From NCBI GenBank assembly GCA_937124615.1, contig CAKZKR010000043.1:1615-65614 (forward strand): 64,000 bases of DNA, read 5' to 3'. The translations under genes and the position numbers were made by a program. Of this stretch, positions 60,890 through 64,000 are shown piece by piece. The notes under the pieces were generated by a model. The model searched no databases. It was not told the origin of the DNA and worked only from the letters and a program-made list of their open reading frames with translations. The DNA is from an uncultured bacterium. GTDB lineage: Bacteria; Hydrogenedentota; Hydrogenedentia; Hydrogenedentales; Hydrogenedentaceae. The stretch's first letter is position 1; every line of letters begins with the position of its first letter.

Positions 60890-61042
60890 AATCCTTAACT
60901 ACATATAAATAACGACAACAAAAAAAACCATTACAAACATTTTACAAAAAAATTTTTTTCCCCCCACAATTATGTGTAAAATAAAAAAATTAAATAAATC
61001 TCATTCACAACTTAAATCAATTTAAAAAAAGGTATCCTAACT

Positions 61043-64000
61043 ATGGGAAACGGGACAATTTTCAGTTTCGATTTAGGGACAGGAAGCATTGCAACCTGCG
61101 TCCGTCAAGACGAAGAAATCAAATACATCCATGTTGAAACCCTCCCCGGCGAATTTGCCACCCTAAAAGAGACACGAGAACGGCGACGCCAAATCCGAAC
61201 ACGCCTCGCTCACAAACAACGCGAAGAGTGGTGGAAAATACATGCAAAAGAAGCCGGTATCGAAGTGTTAGAAACGGGACATTTAGACGAAAAAGGAAAC
61301 TTCATCTCACCCGACCCACGACTAACCTGCGAATTTTCAAAAAAAGGCAACCCTACGATTTACAACTCCTTGCTTCTTCGTATCGCACTTCTACAAGGTA
61401 AAAAATTAGAAGGTTGGCAGATTTTCAAAGCCATCTGGAACGCTATTCAAAGACGCGGGTATGATGAAAACATCCCGTGGAAACACAAATTAGAAGCCGA
61501 AAAAACGGAAGATGATAACGAACAAGAAAACTCAAAACAAACCAAAGGGAAGAAAAGCAAAAAGAAGGAAGATGCGAACTCCGAAGACGAAGAACAGAAA
61601 ATTAGACAAGCGGTTATCAAATATAAAGAAAAATTAAACAATACATTTGGAGACAAAGAAGAATACAAATATCCTTCCTACTTAGAAGCATACCTTTTAG
61701 GAATCTGGTCGCCGGACGAGCCCGATAATTTAACAAAAACCATATCCGAAAACCCGGAACCTATACGAAATAAAGATGGAAATATAAAACTTATAACACC
61801 TACAGAACTCGTAGAAAAGGAATTAAAACAACTTCTTGTCAAAGTAGGGGAACAGAATGAATATATCAAAAAGAATTTAAATTATATCCTCTATGGTCCT
61901 TCTGGATGTCGTTATGGCGCCTACATTCTTCCTAAATACCGCGGATACATGGGAAAAGACTGGGAATGGCAGGGACTCCTCTCTCAAAAAACCCCACGCT
62001 TCGATAACCGCATCGTTTACAAATGCCGGCTCATGCCTCGCTTCAATGTCTGCAAAAGAAAAGATCTCCTTTCCCAAGAAGTCATTTTCTTAATGAAATT
62101 AAAAAATTTCAGGTTTGTAGATGCAGAAACCGGTGAAGAAAAAATGCTTACCCCTGAGCAAATACAAAAAATGTTCAACGATTTCCAAAATACCCTAAAA
62201 ATCAATAACCGTGAACTAAAAAAATACTTAAAAGAAAACTTCAAAGGAGAAATACATCCCTCTTTTCCCGCTATTGACGCACCCAACACAAAAGGAAGGG
62301 CTTCCTTCTGCCGACCCACATTAAAAATTATCAAAGAGATTATTCTATCCGGCAAATCTCCTCATACTTTATATCAAGAATACACTTCCTCTAACACCAA
62401 TACAGACCCTAAAAAAGGACTTATTAACAATGACTATAAATTCCTCCTAAAAATGCCCACAGAGTGGGAAAACTTCCATATACCTGACGAAAGAGAAGAT
62501 GAGGCACAACTTAACGAAGATGAACGAATTAAAGTAATTTACAACATACTATCTAAGATTACAAATCCTGTTGTAAGACATCGGTTATTATTGTTCTACC
62601 GAAAATTACAATATCTTAAACAAGAGTTTGGAATACCCAATATAGTCATGCTCGAATTTGCCCGTGATCCTGAAGAACTACTCGCTGGCGAAGAACGAAA
62701 GAAAAAATACTTAAAACTTCAAAAAGAAAATCGGCAGAAAAAAGAAAAGGCAGAAAAAATTTATCAAGAATTAAAAAATGGAAATGTTAACTTAAAAGGT
62801 CGCTCTATTTTACTTAAAATTCAACTATGGCAAGAACAAAATGGAATAGACCCCTATTCAGGAGAACAAATCCCTCAAACAAAAATTAACCTCTATGAAA
62901 TTGACCACATCGTTCCGCGAGAAATGGGAGGCTCTGATGCCTACTTCAATAAAGTTTTAACTTCACCTGAAAAGAATCGTGAAAAGGCAAAGAGAACCCC
63001 TTATCAAATGTTCAAAGGGAATATCTCTGATTGGAAAAAATATCTGAACACTATAGAAAAAATCACAAACTTAAGTAAGAAAAAAAGAGCACTACTCACA
63101 TCAGAAAATCCAGAAGAACTTATTGAAAGATACACCCATTTAGCAGAAACCGCCTATATCTCACGGCTTGCACAAAAAATCTGTCATCTCTTCTTCGGAT
63201 GGGAACAACTAACAAAAGGCTCACAAAGAAAAGTTTTCGTAGTTTCGGGTGCCTTTACAAGAAAAATTAGAACCATCTTTGAACTGGACCGAATTCTATA
63301 TCCTGACCTTTCTGATGAAGAATACAAAGAATTACTCACGAAAGGAGAAATCCAGAAGAAAAACCGGGACAATCCGCGTCACCATGTCTTGGACACTATC
63401 GTGCTTTCTATCATCCCTGAAATTAAATACAACCCTGAACGAGAAAAAGACGATTATCCCGTATGGTTCAATAAAGAATATTGTCGCCAATACATTGAAA
63501 AATGTTTCCCAAGACCTATTCGTTTCGTAAAAGCCAAATTAGCAGAAACCATTTACGGCTTACGAGAAAGAAATGATTATACAGAAGAGGAAAAGAAAAA
63601 AGGCAAAAAACAATATGTCTTTGTAACACGATTTGGAACAGGAACTACCCTAAAAGAGTATGATGACTTAAAATTTGCTAAAAAAAATGTAGAATCCATA
63701 TACAGTTATAACATTCGACAAGATCTTATGAAAAAATTAGAAGAAAAACCAGCACCCGAAGAATGGAAAGTCTTCCTTCACAACTACCGTGCCGGCGGAA
63801 AACCTAAAAAAATTCTGGTAAAAGCGAGCAGTTATATTGATGAAGAAGAAGTTCAAAAATTTTTAAACGGAGAAATTCCTAATTTAGGTGAGTTTATTAA
63901 AGGAAAAATGCCCGGACAATTCCTAAAGCAAAAAAAGGAGTCTAACGGATATTTTGTTTATAAAGATGAAAAAGGAAAGTGGCAACGCGAAATTATCTAC
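61043..64000 (+). CDS. cas9: Cas9-type RNA-guided endonuclease (type II CRISPR effector), 5'-partial-at-3' (open to the window end, 986 codons visible)
   Basis: The motifs were read directly. RuvC-I is FSFDLGTGSIATCV, with Asp10 at 61070. The Arg-rich bridge helix is ETRERRRQIRTRLAHKQREEWW (aa 42-63). RuvC-II is IVMLEFARD, with Glu538 at 62654. HNH is YEIDHIVPREMGGSDAYFNKVLTSPEKNREKAKRTPYQ, with Asp621/His622 at 62903. RuvC-III is RHHVLDTIVLS, with His780 at 63380. No stop codon occurs before position 64000, and the ORF track omits it for that reason. Confidence 0.85.
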   Translation, partial: MGNGTIFSFDLGTGSIATCVRQDEEIKYIHVETLPGEFATLKETRERRRQIRTRLAHKQREEWWKIHAKEAGIEVLETGHLDEKGNFISPDPRLTCEFSKKGNPTIYNSLLLRIALLQGKKLEGWQIFKAIWNAIQRRGYDENIPWKHKLEAEKTEDDNEQENSKQTKGKKSKKKEDANSEDEEQKIRQAVIKYKEKLNNTFGDKEEYKYPSYLEAYLLGIWSPDEPDNLTKTISENPEPIRNKDGNIKLITPTELVEKELKQLLVKVGEQNEYIKKNLNYILYGPSGCRYGAYILPKYRGYMGKDWEWQGLLSQKTPRFDNRIVYKCRLMPRFNVCKRKDLLSQEVIFLMKLKNFRFVDAETGEEKMLTPEQIQKMFNDFQNTLKINNRELKKYLKENFKGEIHPSFPAIDAPNTKGRASFCRPTLKIIKEIILSGKSPHTLYQEYTSSNTNTDPKKGLINNDYKFLLKMPTEWENFHIPDEREDEAQLNEDERIKVIYNILSKITNPVVRHRLLLFYRKLQYLKQEFGIPNIVMLEFARDPEELLAGEERKKKYLKLQKENRQKKEKAEKIYQELKNGNVNLKGRSILLKIQLWQEQNGIDPYSGEQIPQTKINLYEIDHIVPREMGGSDAYFNKVLTSPEKNREKAKRTPYQMFKGNISDWKKYLNTIEKITNLSKKKRALLTSENPEELIERYTHLAETAYISRLAQKICHLFFGWEQLTKGSQRKVFVVSGAFTRKIRTIFELDRILYPDLSDEEYKELLTKGEIQKKNRDNPRHHVLDTIVLSIIPEIKYNPEREKDDYPVWFNKEYCRQYIEKCFPRPIRFVKAKLAETIYGLRERNDYTEEEKKKGKKQYVFVTRFGTGTTLKEYDDLKFAKKNVESIYSYNIRQDLMKKLEEKPAPEEWKVFLHNYRAGGKPKKILVKASSYIDEEEVQKFLNGEIPNLGEFIKGKMPGQFLKQKKESNGYFVYKDEKGKWQREIIY

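Noticed and set aside
61447-62355. Several 60-112 aa minus-strand ORFs listed by the track between 61447 and 62355
   Set aside because: They lie antisense to the continuous Cas9-like reading frame. The A/T-rich coding sequence generates open antisense frames by chance.

Overview
This is an AT-rich (about 37% GC) chromosomal segment with the gene content of a Gram-negative bacterium, as shown by the lptE-holA synteny, DsbD, a BamD-like TPR protein and FlgM. Most of the window is ordinary housekeeping and envelope content. It holds a tRNA thiolation cluster (miaB, pepA, an MtaB-like gene and a LarE-like PP-loop enzyme), a GH31-like glycosidase, a fused 2-oxoacid dehydrogenase E1 alpha/beta, tandem TlpA-like thioredoxins and a large TPR protein. 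There is a GDP-sugar operon (epimerase, gmd, an rmd-like gene) ending at a tRNA-His gene. Further along are an FG-GAP repeat protein, a lipoprotein with two pseudopilin-like domains, FlgM, six co-directional genes of unknown function, a UDP-sugar dehydrogenase, a DUF2400 protein and an XRE/cupin regulator. The second half carries an lptE-holA block, an orphan UPF0020-type methyltransferase, WbsX-like, QueE, a GH38 mannosidase, an aldo/keto reductase (AKR)-ferredoxin fusion and a sulfatase. It continues with a FadA/FadN-like beta-oxidation pair, a ChbG-like deacetylase, DsbD and cardiolipin synthase. The main finding is at the right edge. From 61043 an open reading frame runs uninterrupted to the window end (986 codons visible). 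It is missing from the ORF track because it has no stop codon inside the window. It encodes a Cas9-type effector with RuvC-I, an arginine-rich bridge helix, RuvC-II, HNH and RuvC-III motifs in canonical order. No cas1/cas2, repeat array or tracrRNA lies on its 5' side, so the rest of the locus, if present, is downstream of the window.
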